From: a virus
Lineage: Duplodnaviria > Caudoviricetes
Reading direction: 5' to 3' (one strand)
Length of the DNA: 54,276 bases
IMG/VR virus record: IMGVR_UViG_3300034102_000129
Location: 1 to 54,276 of that record
Positions 9,356 to 18,137 of the stretch are shown in pieces; position 1 is the stretch's first letter, and every line of letters starts with the position of its first letter. The position numbers and the translations under genes were made by a program. The notes below the pieces were generated by a model that saw only the letters and a list, made by a program, of their open reading frames with translations, made no database searches and was not told the DNA's origin.

Positions 9356-11335
9356 ATGATTGACAAAAACTACAACCCGCTTAACCCGATGGTTGATCAG
9401 GTCAAGAAGTTTCTTGACCAGAAGAAAGTCCCGCAGGAACAGGTCGTGCCGTTCCTGATGTCGCTGGGCTACCGTGGTTTAGCCGGTGCCGTGGCAGGGC
9501 GTATGCGGCTTGAGAAGGCTAGCGAGGGCATAAAGACTCTTCAACAAGCGCAGGGTCAAGCCCCAGCCCCGCCGAATGTTATCCAAGAAAATGCTATGCA
9601 GGCTCAGCAGATGCAGCAGGGCATTCAGCAAGCGTTGGCTTCGCGGCGACCCCCGATGCCGCCTCAACAGGCTCAACCTCCCGGCATGGCGGGTGGGGGT
9701 ATCGTTGCATTTAGTAATGGCGGTGGCCCGACTTCTTCCCAAACTTTTGACGAACTTGAAGACATGTTCCGCACCGGTACTCCTGCAGAACAGGCGCGAA
9801 TACTTCAGTGGGCAGAAAAAAATATGCCTACGTTTGCTCAATATTTGAGAAGCCCCGCTGTTGGTACAATTGCTAGCGGAGCAAAAAAAGTTGCTAAGGG
9901 TGCTCCAGCAATCGGCGGTTTAGCCGGTTTGTATGGCATGTCTCAGACCGACCCTAGAAATTTACAGAGCGAGTCTCGGCTTGCTCAACTTGGTATGGAC
10001 GTTGATCCAAATAGCGCAATAAAAACTTATGCAGCGGGATTAGCAGGTATAGCAGAATCGGCAATACCTTTTGCTGGGCTGTTCTACGACACCCCGCTTG
10101 ATAAAGCACAAGCCGCGTCTGATAAGCGTAGGCAGTTTATTTTGAATGCGCCGGGAGCGCAGACTAACCTCAATCCCCAAGAAACCGGGATTGCTCAAAA
10201 CTACATGGCGATTGTTCGTCAATACGGTGCCAATTCAAAAGAAGCGAAAGACTTTGAAACCAGATACCGTGATGCAATGGGTCGCGCTGCACCGGAAGCC
10301 GAAGACGCTTTGGCACAATATATGACTCAGTCTGCGGCTGGTGGACGAGGAGCGGGTGGTGGACAAGGAGCGGGTGGTGGACAAGGAGCGGGTGGTGGAC
10401 AAGGTGCAGGTGGTGGGCCTCGTTTGCCTAGCGTTTCTACTACAGCACAAGAGACCAAAACATTATCTGATTTGCGTGAACGGCTAAAAGGCATGGAAGA
10501 TGTATCCAAGCCCGAAGCGCGTGAAACAGCGATTGACAGAGAGATTGCTGCCCGTATGAAGCGTTACACCGATATGGGCATCATGAAGCCGTTTGACGAT
10601 GCCAAGGCTAACGTGCAAGGGCGTTTGAAAGAACTTGACGGCATCAAGGATAAGAACTTCTACAAGGCTATGGCTATGATGGGTTTCACCATGGCAGGAA
10701 CCCGTGGGTCGTTCTTCCAAGCCCTTGCAGCCGGTGGCGCAGCGGGACTGTCAGCCTACGAGACATTTGAAGAACGGCGTCAGGCTACGCTTGATAAGTT
10801 GCAAGACCGCATGATGAATATTGACATGGGTATTGCGAACATAAAGGAGAGGGCTGGCGCTGGCGCAGAAACGCGGGTAGACAAACTTGAGTCTGAACGC
10901 AACCGAGTTCAGGATCAAATTACTAATTTGCAATCGGCCCAAGAGACACTTGCTCAAACGCAGTCGTTTCAGTTGGCAATGTCAGACCGCGAAATTGCTG
11001 CAAGAGCGGGTCTACAGGAACGCCAGATTGCCGCCGATGCTGCACGAGACGATTCTCGATATGGCGGCTTGGGCAAGGAAATTGAACAAGAAATTAGTCG
11101 GTTTCGTCAGATTGCTCAAGATCCGAAAGCCCCAGCAAACGTGCGTGAAGCAGCGCGTAAACGTGTGGAAGAACTGTATAAAGAACGTGAACGTGCTACA
11201 CAGGTTGGTAGCGGCGGCTATCAGTCGGCCCTTGCGAGACTCGCGGGTAATCAAATCCTCGGATACAATTACCCTCAAATCGGGGCTGAAGGCCAAGGTT
11301 CTACCGAAGGCTGGGGCGATGTAACTGTTAGGTAA
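9356..11335 (+). CDS. internal virion/ejection protein
   Basis: 659-aa helical/coiled-coil protein between the Q-rich and giant virion genes. Contains MAGGGIVAFSNGG. RBS AAGGAG. Confidence 0.6.
   Translation: MIDKNYNPLNPMVDQVKKFLDQKKVPQEQVVPFLMSLGYRGLAGAVAGRMRLEKASEGIKTLQQAQGQAPAPPNVIQENAMQAQQMQQGIQQALASRRPPMPPQQAQPPGMAGGGIVAFSNGGGPTSSQTFDELEDMFRTGTPAEQARILQWAEKNMPTFAQYLRSPAVGTIASGAKKVAKGAPAIGGLAGLYGMSQTDPRNLQSESRLAQLGMDVDPNSAIKTYAAGLAGIAESAIPFAGLFYDTPLDKAQAASDKRRQFILNAPGAQTNLNPQETGIAQNYMAIVRQYGANSKEAKDFETRYRDAMGRAAPEAEDALAQYMTQSAAGGRGAGGGQGAGGGQGAGGGQGAGGGPRLPSVSTTAQETKTLSDLRERLKGMEDVSKPEARETAIDREIAARMKRYTDMGIMKPFDDAKANVQGRLKELDGIKDKNFYKAMAMMGFTMAGTRGSFFQALAAGGAAGLSAYETFEERRQATLDKLQDRMMNIDMGIANIKERAGAGAETRVDKLESERNRVQDQITNLQSAQETLAQTQSFQLAMSDREIAARAGLQERQIAADAARDDSRYGGLGKEIEQEISRFRQIAQDPKAPANVREAARKRVEELYKERERATQVGSGGYQSALARLAGNQILGYNYPQIGAEGQGSTEGWGDVTVR
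10349..10417 (+). repeat. 18-bp tandem repeat (GGAGCGGGTGGTGGACAA x3 plus degenerate copy) encoding a GAGGGQ linker
   Basis: Exact copies at 10349, 10367 and 10385. Confidence 0.9.
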
Positions 11336-11340
11336 AGCAA

Positions 11341-14300
11341 ATGCCTATTTACGAAATTCGTGGGCCTGACGGTAAAACGTACAGCATCGAAGGGCCGCCG
11401 GGTGCTACTCGTGAGCAGGTTATTGCTGCTATCCAGTCACGTATGGCAACCAAGCAGGCCCGGTCAGAACAAGCCGGGTTCCTTGAGTCTTTCCGTGAGT
11501 CGGCACTTGGGCTAGGTAAGGCTCCAGAGGCTGCACGTTTTGCAGCGGCTGAACCCGGCACGGATGAGGCTAGAAAAGCCTTCCTTGAGGCGAATCGTCC
11601 CAAGAAAGAAACGACTAGTTTTGAGGAAGTCAAAGACCTCTCCTCGCTTGTTGACTGGGCTAAGCAAACCGCCGGTACTTCGACGGGTTATCTCGTTGCT
11701 CCTGCCGCTGCCGCTACGGTCGGCAAAATGCTTACCAAAGCCCCCGGTGCTGCCAAGGCTCTAGGTTACGGCACGCTCGGAGCGCAGTACCTCATCGATA
11801 ATCTAAGTCGTCAAGCCGCGACACAGGAAGAACAAATACAACGTGGCGAAGGCCCATCTGAGACCTCGTTGGCTAAAGCAGGTGCTGCAGCAGTTGGACA
11901 AACCGCGTTGGACGCGGTGGGTATCAGATTCTTCAAACCGTTGTTTGGGCAATTCCCGATCCTTCGCAATCTGCTAGGTGAGTCTGGTGAGAAGGCTGCG
12001 AAGGAGGCTGAAGACGCGCTGCTTGAGTCCGTACGTAATGGTACGTTGACTCGCGGTAGGGGAATCGTATCTGGCGCTGTCAAAGGTGCGGCGTTTGAAA
12101 TTCCGCAAGAAATTGCTCAAACCGTTCTTGAACGTGCTCAAGCCGGTTTGTCTCTGACAGATCGTGAAGCGCGGCGCGAATACACGGAGGCTGCAGCAGG
12201 TGCGGTGCTGTTGGGTTCGCCGTTGGGCGGTGCTTCGCAGTACTACCAGAACAAGGAAAAGATTGAAGAAGCGCAGCAGATTCAGTTTGCACGCGAGATT
12301 GAGCGAGAAGAGGCGCGGCAGAAAACAGAAGCGGCTAGAAAAAAAGCCGCCGAAGCCGAGCGTGAGACAGAAAAGGGTGTCAAGAAAGAGACCCGTGAAG
12401 CCAAGATTAGCGAACAACTCGACGCTGCCCGTAACGTTCTTTTTAACCTGACCAACCCTGACGGTACTCCGATTACGGTGGAGGCCGAACCGGGACAGTT
12501 TGAACGTGCATTGATTGGCTCAGGCATTCCGGCAAGGGACGCTAACAGGTTGCTTGGACGGCTCAAAAGAGAGTCTGTCATCACCGAGCGTAACCCTGTC
12601 ACGGGCATTCGTAGCATCATTCCTGAAGCCAAGCAATATGATTTGACGAAAGGGACAGAAGAAGTTACCACTGCTGCGGCTCCACCTGCTTCTGCACTGG
12701 CTGCGGCTCAAGTTACAACTGCGGCTGCCCCGGCCCCGGTTGCCGCTGAACCGGATAGAGGTACGACTGATGAATCAACAAGAATTGTGGCTCCAGCAGC
12801 AGGTATTGCAGAAACTGACACTGGAGCAATTCGAGCAGGCGTTGCACAGCCTGTACAAGAACGAAGAGCCACACGACCCCCTGCTACAGAGGTTGCAGAT
12901 ACCGGAGTGGTTAGCGTTGATGAAACTGCTGGGCAACCTGTTAATCGAGAAGAACCAGTCAAGCCTGCACTAAGTGATCTAAAACTTGAGACTTGGCAGC
13001 AGCGATTTGAACAGACGAAATCCCGATTTGATGAGGCTGATCCCGAGTCGCCCATCAATCTGCTTACTCGCATCAATCAACTTAAGCAAAAACTACCGGA
13101 TGGCGAGGGCGTAAAGTACTTAAACGACATCGAAAACATCGTTTCGTACCTCCGTAAAGGTGCGGATGTTGAGACTATTGCAGACAAGTTGGGCATGGAT
13201 CTGCCCGAAATTGAGTCCTATCTGGACGATTTGCGGAATCCTGAAGCCGAAGGGCTTCCTCCCATCATCGACGCAAATAACAAGCCGATACCTGAAGCGT
13301 TTGTAGAACAGAAAACTACTACCAAAGAAGGTCAAAAGGGTCGCACTATTGAGTCGGTATACAACCGTTTTTTGACGGCTAACGAAACGCCGTTGATAAC
13401 AGCAGCACGTTCACTTGATAGTCTGATCGACAAGTACGATGCGGATGACGTAATCAAAAACACTGGTGAATTGCGTGCGCGTCTCAACGAACGACTCAGC
13501 GAAATTGAAAAAGACCTAGCCGACCAAAAGGCTCTTCGCGCTGCACAGCGTGCTGCTAAAACAGAACGTGTCGGTGGGGAGACTGAAACCGAACTTGAGC
13601 AAAGAGAGGTTGCTGCCAGTCAACGCGCTCAAGCAAAAATTGAATCAGCAAACCAAACGGCAGGCATGGGGCCGGTTGTTAGCACGGAGTTGGCTAAAGC
13701 AAATGTAAACCTGCCCGACGTAGATCAGCAGGTCAAAGACGCCGTTGCTCAGAAAGACGCAAACAAGATTCTTGACGTTCTGTATGGGCTAAACGAAGAA
13801 CTTGGCAACGCAATTCCCGTAGGTGAAGCCCCTACTCCGCAGGTCGAGCGCGTCAAGCAAACGCCAAAGGAAATGACAAAGGGTCAACGAGCCAAGTTGA
13901 TCCGCAGCATTTTTGAAAAATCTATACCCACTGCTGAAAGCACCTCAAATCTGTTCGGTGAGCGTCCTGCTGTCGCCGTATCTGAGCGTGGCGCTGCCAA
14001 GCGTAGGATTGACGTAACCAAGTCTCTAATTGATACGCTAAGAAAAGTTGATCTTAGCGACCTTGGATTTGAACTTGAAGGCGATACCGAAGCCGATGCG
14101 GACGCTTTTGAGCGTATGCGTAAGCAGAACCGCCTTGCTGAATACGACCCCAAAACCAACGTCATCCGTCTGCGTGCTGAAGGTGTAAAGCAGAAAACAC
14201 TGCTGCACGAAATAGTTCACGCCGTCACTGTAAAAGTGCTGCGGCAGTATGAGACCGACCCGAATTCGTTGCCAGACAGTCAGCGCGAAGCAGCCGAACA

Positions 14301-17300
14301 TATCAACAAGATATATGGTTTGGCTAGCAAGAAACTCAAGACGCGGTACCCAAATGCGTTTGAGAGCGTGTACGAGTTTGTTTCGTATGCAATGACTGAG
14401 AACGCTTTCCAAAAAGATCTGTCCGAGTTGCGATCACCCAATCTGGCGAAGTACGCGACAAAGGCTGTCAAGGATTTCTGGACGCAGTTTGTAGAAGCGT
14501 TGATGCACATGTTTGACCTGTATCCGCTTGGGGGCCGCGAAGCCCTGTTTCAAGCAGAGAAAGCCATCAAACTTGAGCGTGATATCAACGATCCAAACAC
14601 ATCTGAAGCAAAAAAGAATTTGCTACGGCAACAGTTGGCCCGTATCCGTAAAGAGCGTATTCAGACCAGAGCGGGGAACTACCTGCTTGAGACTGCAGGA
14701 GCGTTTGAAGAGATACTGTCACCGCCACAAAAGGGCGTAGACGTTGCTCCGCTTGCTGCCAAGGCCGCACCTCCTGCAGAAGAACGTGATGTAAGTAAGA
14801 TCAAAGCCGAGTATCGCCGCAAACTTGAGAAAAAGCATCCTACGGAACCCGCCGTTCGTGGTGCCGTCAAGTTCCTCAAGACCCATGAAGGGTCAGAGTG
14901 GCTGATTCGCAAGTTCCAGAACGACCGTCGCCCACTCAAAGTGCTGCAGGACATCCTCGTTCGAGCAGGCAAGTTGATCGTAGGCGAGGAGAACTTTAAC
15001 AACCTGTATAGCCTCATCTCACTGTCGTCTGGCAATGCATTCCATGTCATGACACAGTATTTCCAGAAGGACATGCACGATGTCCACGAGGCTGTGGAAG
15101 CCTACGCCAAGGCTCGCAATTTAAATTTGATGGATGCCTTGAGCGACTTGAATCTTTACATGGTTGCCCGGCACGAACCAGAACGCAGGCTCATCAAATT
15201 CTTGCGTAACGTACCGCTTGATAACACCAAGTTGATTACGTTCGGTGGCGTAAGTAGAACTGCTGCCGAGCACCGTCGTGAGATTTTCAATCTGCTGCGT
15301 ACTAACGTTGCCTTGACCAAGGGCCAAGCCACGGCGTTGCGTAACTTCGTTGAAGGTCTTGCCGGATACAAGAACGGCAAAAAAGTTGGCATTGGGTCTA
15401 TTGATGTGAAGGCGGGCAAGTCCATGGATGCCCGTGCTAAACCCGGTAAATACACTGACGATATCAACGATGGCGTATACAACGTAGCCGGTGAGTTCAC
15501 ACCCAGCGAGTTGGAAAAGTTACGCAGTGCGTATCAGGTTGACCCACAGAAGGCGCTTGTTGATCGCATAACTGCGTCTATGAAGCGTATTCAAGACAAT
15601 ACTATTGAACGCGACAAGCAGGCTAACTACTGGTCGCAGCCTGTTGAAAACATCGTCAACTTCTACAACTTCCAGAACTACGTCCCGCTCAAGGGTAAGC
15701 CGGGGCAGGGTGAGACGGAAGATGAAAGCGAGTACAACTACACCGGCAGACGGCTGAGTGGTGAGTTGGCTGAGACTACGCAATCGTTTGAGGGTCGTAT
15801 CTCTGATGCCGATAACGTCATCATGCAGACGCTCGTTGACGGAGCCAAGTCTGCAATGCGTGCTGGCCGCAAAGATGTGACTCAAGCCATTAAGAACTTA
15901 ATTGAGCAAGGCTATATCGATGGCGTAAATTTGAATGGCGGCAGGAAGAACAAACCAATCCCGTTCCAAGACCGTGAAAGTCAACTTGAGTTGTCGAAAT
16001 ACAAAGGCGACGACAAGATCTATCACTACAACCCAGATGGGTCGGTTGAAGTTCTCAAAATCAACGATAAGCGTATGCTTGAGTCCATACGCCGTGTATA
16101 CCGCGAGAAGTCGCCGTTCATTGATATGGCTAACCGCATAACCAGCGGCATCGGTCAGTCTCACACCCGATACAACCCGGCCTTCCATCCGTACAACTTT
16201 GTCCGTGACGTACTGACCAACGCCTTCACGATGGGGGCTGAATTTGGGCCGGATAAGTCGCTGAAGTTTATTGGGCATATTTCGACCCGAGTTGCTGAAG
16301 GTGGCATGGCTAAAGCAGCCAAAGTCTCAAAACTCTATGCCGATGGCGATGTTGGCAAAATACAAGAACTTGCCAAGAAAGACTCCTTCACTGCCAGCAT
16401 ACTTGAGTACCTGCAAGAAGGCGGTCGCGTCTCCTACGTGCAGGGTCTAGCCATTCAAGGTCAGATTGACGAACTTGTCAAAGATATCAACCGTGGTAAG
16501 TGGGTTCGCGGTAAGGAAAAGATAGACAAGTGGGTCGATATCTGGACTGACATGTTTGAATTGACGAGCCGCGCTGCCGCTTACGAAACGGCAAAGGCCG
16601 AAGCCTTGGCACGGGGTATGTCAGAGAAAGCGGCACGGCAAGAAGGCGCTGCATACGCCAAGAACCTCGCCAACTTTGAACAAGTCGGTGAGTGGGGTCG
16701 CCAAGCCGGTGCGTTGTACATGTTCTTCCGGCCTGCTGCGACTGGTGCTGTTCGTGCGATTGATGCACTGATTCCAGCAATTCAAGATGTGCAGACAGCC
16801 GTTGATAGACTGCCAGAGTCAATTCGGAAAGATTCTGCGGCAGTTAATCGGTTCCGCGCCAATTTCATGAAAGAGAAAAAGAATGCTCAAGCGATGGCGC
16901 TTGGTCTTCTTGGAGCCGGGTTCACGTTGTACGTCATGGCGTTCATGGCTGCTGACGATGATGAGTTGGGTCGCAATGTAGTTTCTACGGAAGACATGTC
17001 GCTTTGGACACGTAATCTCCGTCTGCCGCTCGGCTTCTTGGGTATTGAACGCCTAAAGGACAGTTTCCTGCAGTGGCCGTGGGGCTTTGGTCTTGGCGCG
17101 TTTGGAGCCATGGGAGCGCAGGTTGCCGGTATGGCGATGGGTAGAGCGTCTCTGGCTGACGGCCTTGCCAATGCTACGACGATTGCTCTGGACTCCTTCA
17201 TCCCCCTGCCGGTTGCCCGGTTCAACCCGACTGACAATTTCCCAGCATGGATGCTTGACTCACTTGCTCCTAGCCTTGCGCGTCCGTTCCTTGAGTACAC

Positions 17301-17946
17301 CATGAACGTAGACACGTTTGGTCGTGAGATATACAACAACCGCATGAGTCGATATGGCGATGCGTTCACGGGCGGTAGGCACGTGCCAGAGTTATACAAC
17401 CAAGCAGCCCGTAAGTTGTTTGAAGTGAGCAACGCACAAGTCGATGTCTCGCCCAACACAATGTACTTCTTTGCCAACAACTACGTTGATGGCTTGAGCC
17501 GCATAATCCACAACGGGCATGGCATGTTCTTCACGCTGTTTGGGCAAAAAGAGTTTGACCCCAAACGAGACCTTATCTTCATGGATAGTTTCTTCGGCAG
17601 GAAGTCGAGCGTAGACGCCCGTGAGTTTGCTCAAATTGAGAAACGCATCCAAGAGAAAGAGCAGCGGCTGCGTACGGTCAAAGACAGACCTGAACTGATG
17701 CAGCGGTACTTGGAGTCAAACCCGAACGATCCTGCGCTTGTGTATATCTACAACAAGTTGAAGAATCAGCAGTTGAAGCGTGTCCGAGAAGAGATGAACA
17801 AGGTCAAGGCGGCGGACATCGGGCCAGACAAGGAAATCAAGTCTGTTAAGGATCGGCAAGAACGACTGCGTGACCTTGAGCGGATACGTGATATGACGAT
17901 GCGTAGCATTATCGATACGTTTGAACAGTACGGGCTAGAACCCTAA
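11341..17946 (+). CDS. giant internal virion / large polyvalent protein (zincin HExxH metallopeptidase plus LPD38-like C-terminus)
   Basis: 2201 aa. N-terminal GPDGKTYSIEGPPG, TLLHEIVHAVT at 14197-14229, and C-terminal LRLPLG..QWPWGFGLG..NVDTFGREIY resembling LPD38. Confidence 0.75.
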   Translation: MPIYEIRGPDGKTYSIEGPPGATREQVIAAIQSRMATKQARSEQAGFLESFRESALGLGKAPEAARFAAAEPGTDEARKAFLEANRPKKETTSFEEVKDLSSLVDWAKQTAGTSTGYLVAPAAAATVGKMLTKAPGAAKALGYGTLGAQYLIDNLSRQAATQEEQIQRGEGPSETSLAKAGAAAVGQTALDAVGIRFFKPLFGQFPILRNLLGESGEKAAKEAEDALLESVRNGTLTRGRGIVSGAVKGAAFEIPQEIAQTVLERAQAGLSLTDREARREYTEAAAGAVLLGSPLGGASQYYQNKEKIEEAQQIQFAREIEREEARQKTEAARKKAAEAERETEKGVKKETREAKISEQLDAARNVLFNLTNPDGTPITVEAEPGQFERALIGSGIPARDANRLLGRLKRESVITERNPVTGIRSIIPEAKQYDLTKGTEEVTTAAAPPASALAAAQVTTAAAPAPVAAEPDRGTTDESTRIVAPAAGIAETDTGAIRAGVAQPVQERRATRPPATEVADTGVVSVDETAGQPVNREEPVKPALSDLKLETWQQRFEQTKSRFDEADPESPINLLTRINQLKQKLPDGEGVKYLNDIENIVSYLRKGADVETIADKLGMDLPEIESYLDDLRNPEAEGLPPIIDANNKPIPEAFVEQKTTTKEGQKGRTIESVYNRFLTANETPLITAARSLDSLIDKYDADDVIKNTGELRARLNERLSEIEKDLADQKALRAAQRAAKTERVGGETETELEQREVAASQRAQAKIESANQTAGMGPVVSTELAKANVNLPDVDQQVKDAVAQKDANKILDVLYGLNEELGNAIPVGEAPTPQVERVKQTPKEMTKGQRAKLIRSIFEKSIPTAESTSNLFGERPAVAVSERGAAKRRIDVTKSLIDTLRKVDLSDLGFELEGDTEADADAFERMRKQNRLAEYDPKTNVIRLRAEGVKQKTLLHEIVHAVTVKVLRQYETDPNSLPDSQREAAEHINKIYGLASKKLKTRYPNAFESVYEFVSYAMTENAFQKDLSELRSPNLAKYATKAVKDFWTQFVEALMHMFDLYPLGGREALFQAEKAIKLERDINDPNTSEAKKNLLRQQLARIRKERIQTRAGNYLLETAGAFEEILSPPQKGVDVAPLAAKAAPPAEERDVSKIKAEYRRKLEKKHPTEPAVRGAVKFLKTHEGSEWLIRKFQNDRRPLKVLQDILVRAGKLIVGEENFNNLYSLISLSSGNAFHVMTQYFQKDMHDVHEAVEAYAKARNLNLMDALSDLNLYMVARHEPERRLIKFLRNVPLDNTKLITFGGVSRTAAEHRREIFNLLRTNVALTKGQATALRNFVEGLAGYKNGKKVGIGSIDVKAGKSMDARAKPGKYTDDINDGVYNVAGEFTPSELEKLRSAYQVDPQKALVDRITASMKRIQDNTIERDKQANYWSQPVENIVNFYNFQNYVPLKGKPGQGETEDESEYNYTGRRLSGELAETTQSFEGRISDADNVIMQTLVDGAKSAMRAGRKDVTQAIKNLIEQGYIDGVNLNGGRKNKPIPFQDRESQLELSKYKGDDKIYHYNPDGSVEVLKINDKRMLESIRRVYREKSPFIDMANRITSGIGQSHTRYNPAFHPYNFVRDVLTNAFTMGAEFGPDKSLKFIGHISTRVAEGGMAKAAKVSKLYADGDVGKIQELAKKDSFTASILEYLQEGGRVSYVQGLAIQGQIDELVKDINRGKWVRGKEKIDKWVDIWTDMFELTSRAAAYETAKAEALARGMSEKAARQEGAAYAKNLANFEQVGEWGRQAGALYMFFRPAATGAVRAIDALIPAIQDVQTAVDRLPESIRKDSAAVNRFRANFMKEKKNAQAMALGLLGAGFTLYVMAFMAADDDELGRNVVSTEDMSLWTRNLRLPLGFLGIERLKDSFLQWPWGFGLGAFGAMGAQVAGMAMGRASLADGLANATTIALDSFIPLPVARFNPTDNFPAWMLDSLAPSLARPFLEYTMNVDTFGREIYNNRMSRYGDAFTGGRHVPELYNQAARKLFEVSNAQVDVSPNTMYFFANNYVDGLSRIIHNGHGMFFTLFGQKEFDPKRDLIFMDSFFGRKSSVDAREFAQIEKRIQEKEQRLRTVKDRPELMQRYLESNPNDPALVYIYNKLKNQQLKRVREEMNKVKAADIGPDKEIKSVKDRQERLRDLERIRDMTMRSIIDTFEQYGLEP
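12770..12973 (+). CDS. putative overprinted 67-aa protein nested in the +1 frame of the giant virion gene
   Basis: GAGGT at 12758-12762 lies 7 nt before ATG 12770. The product is an amphipathic Leu-rich helical sequence ending EKNQSSLH. Confidence 0.55.
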   Translation: MNQQELWLQQQVLQKLTLEQFEQALHSLYKNEEPHDPLLQRLQIPEWLALMKLLGNLLIEKNQSSLH

Positions 17947-18137
17947 CGTACCCGCCACACGCGCACTCCAAGGTGTCCATCCTTGGACGAGGTATATGAT
18001 TTGACCCGTATACCTGCTGCCTTGGAGCGCGAGTCTATAACGTAGTGCATCTCTGCCGGTTTGAGCGTTGGCACGAAGAAACTATCGCCAACTTTCATGA
18101 ACTCAAACGGGAAGAGCCATTCAGGTTCCTTTATCAT
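17943..18137 (-). CDS. small conserved phage protein, putative DNA-binding
   Basis: FPFEFMKVGDSFFVP...GVRVWRV motif pattern seen in small phage proteins. The start overlaps the end of the primase gene. Confidence 0.65.
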   Translation of the reverse strand: MIKEPEWLFPFEFMKVGDSFFVPTLKPAEMHYVIDSRSKAAGIRVKSYTSSKDGHLGVRVWRVR

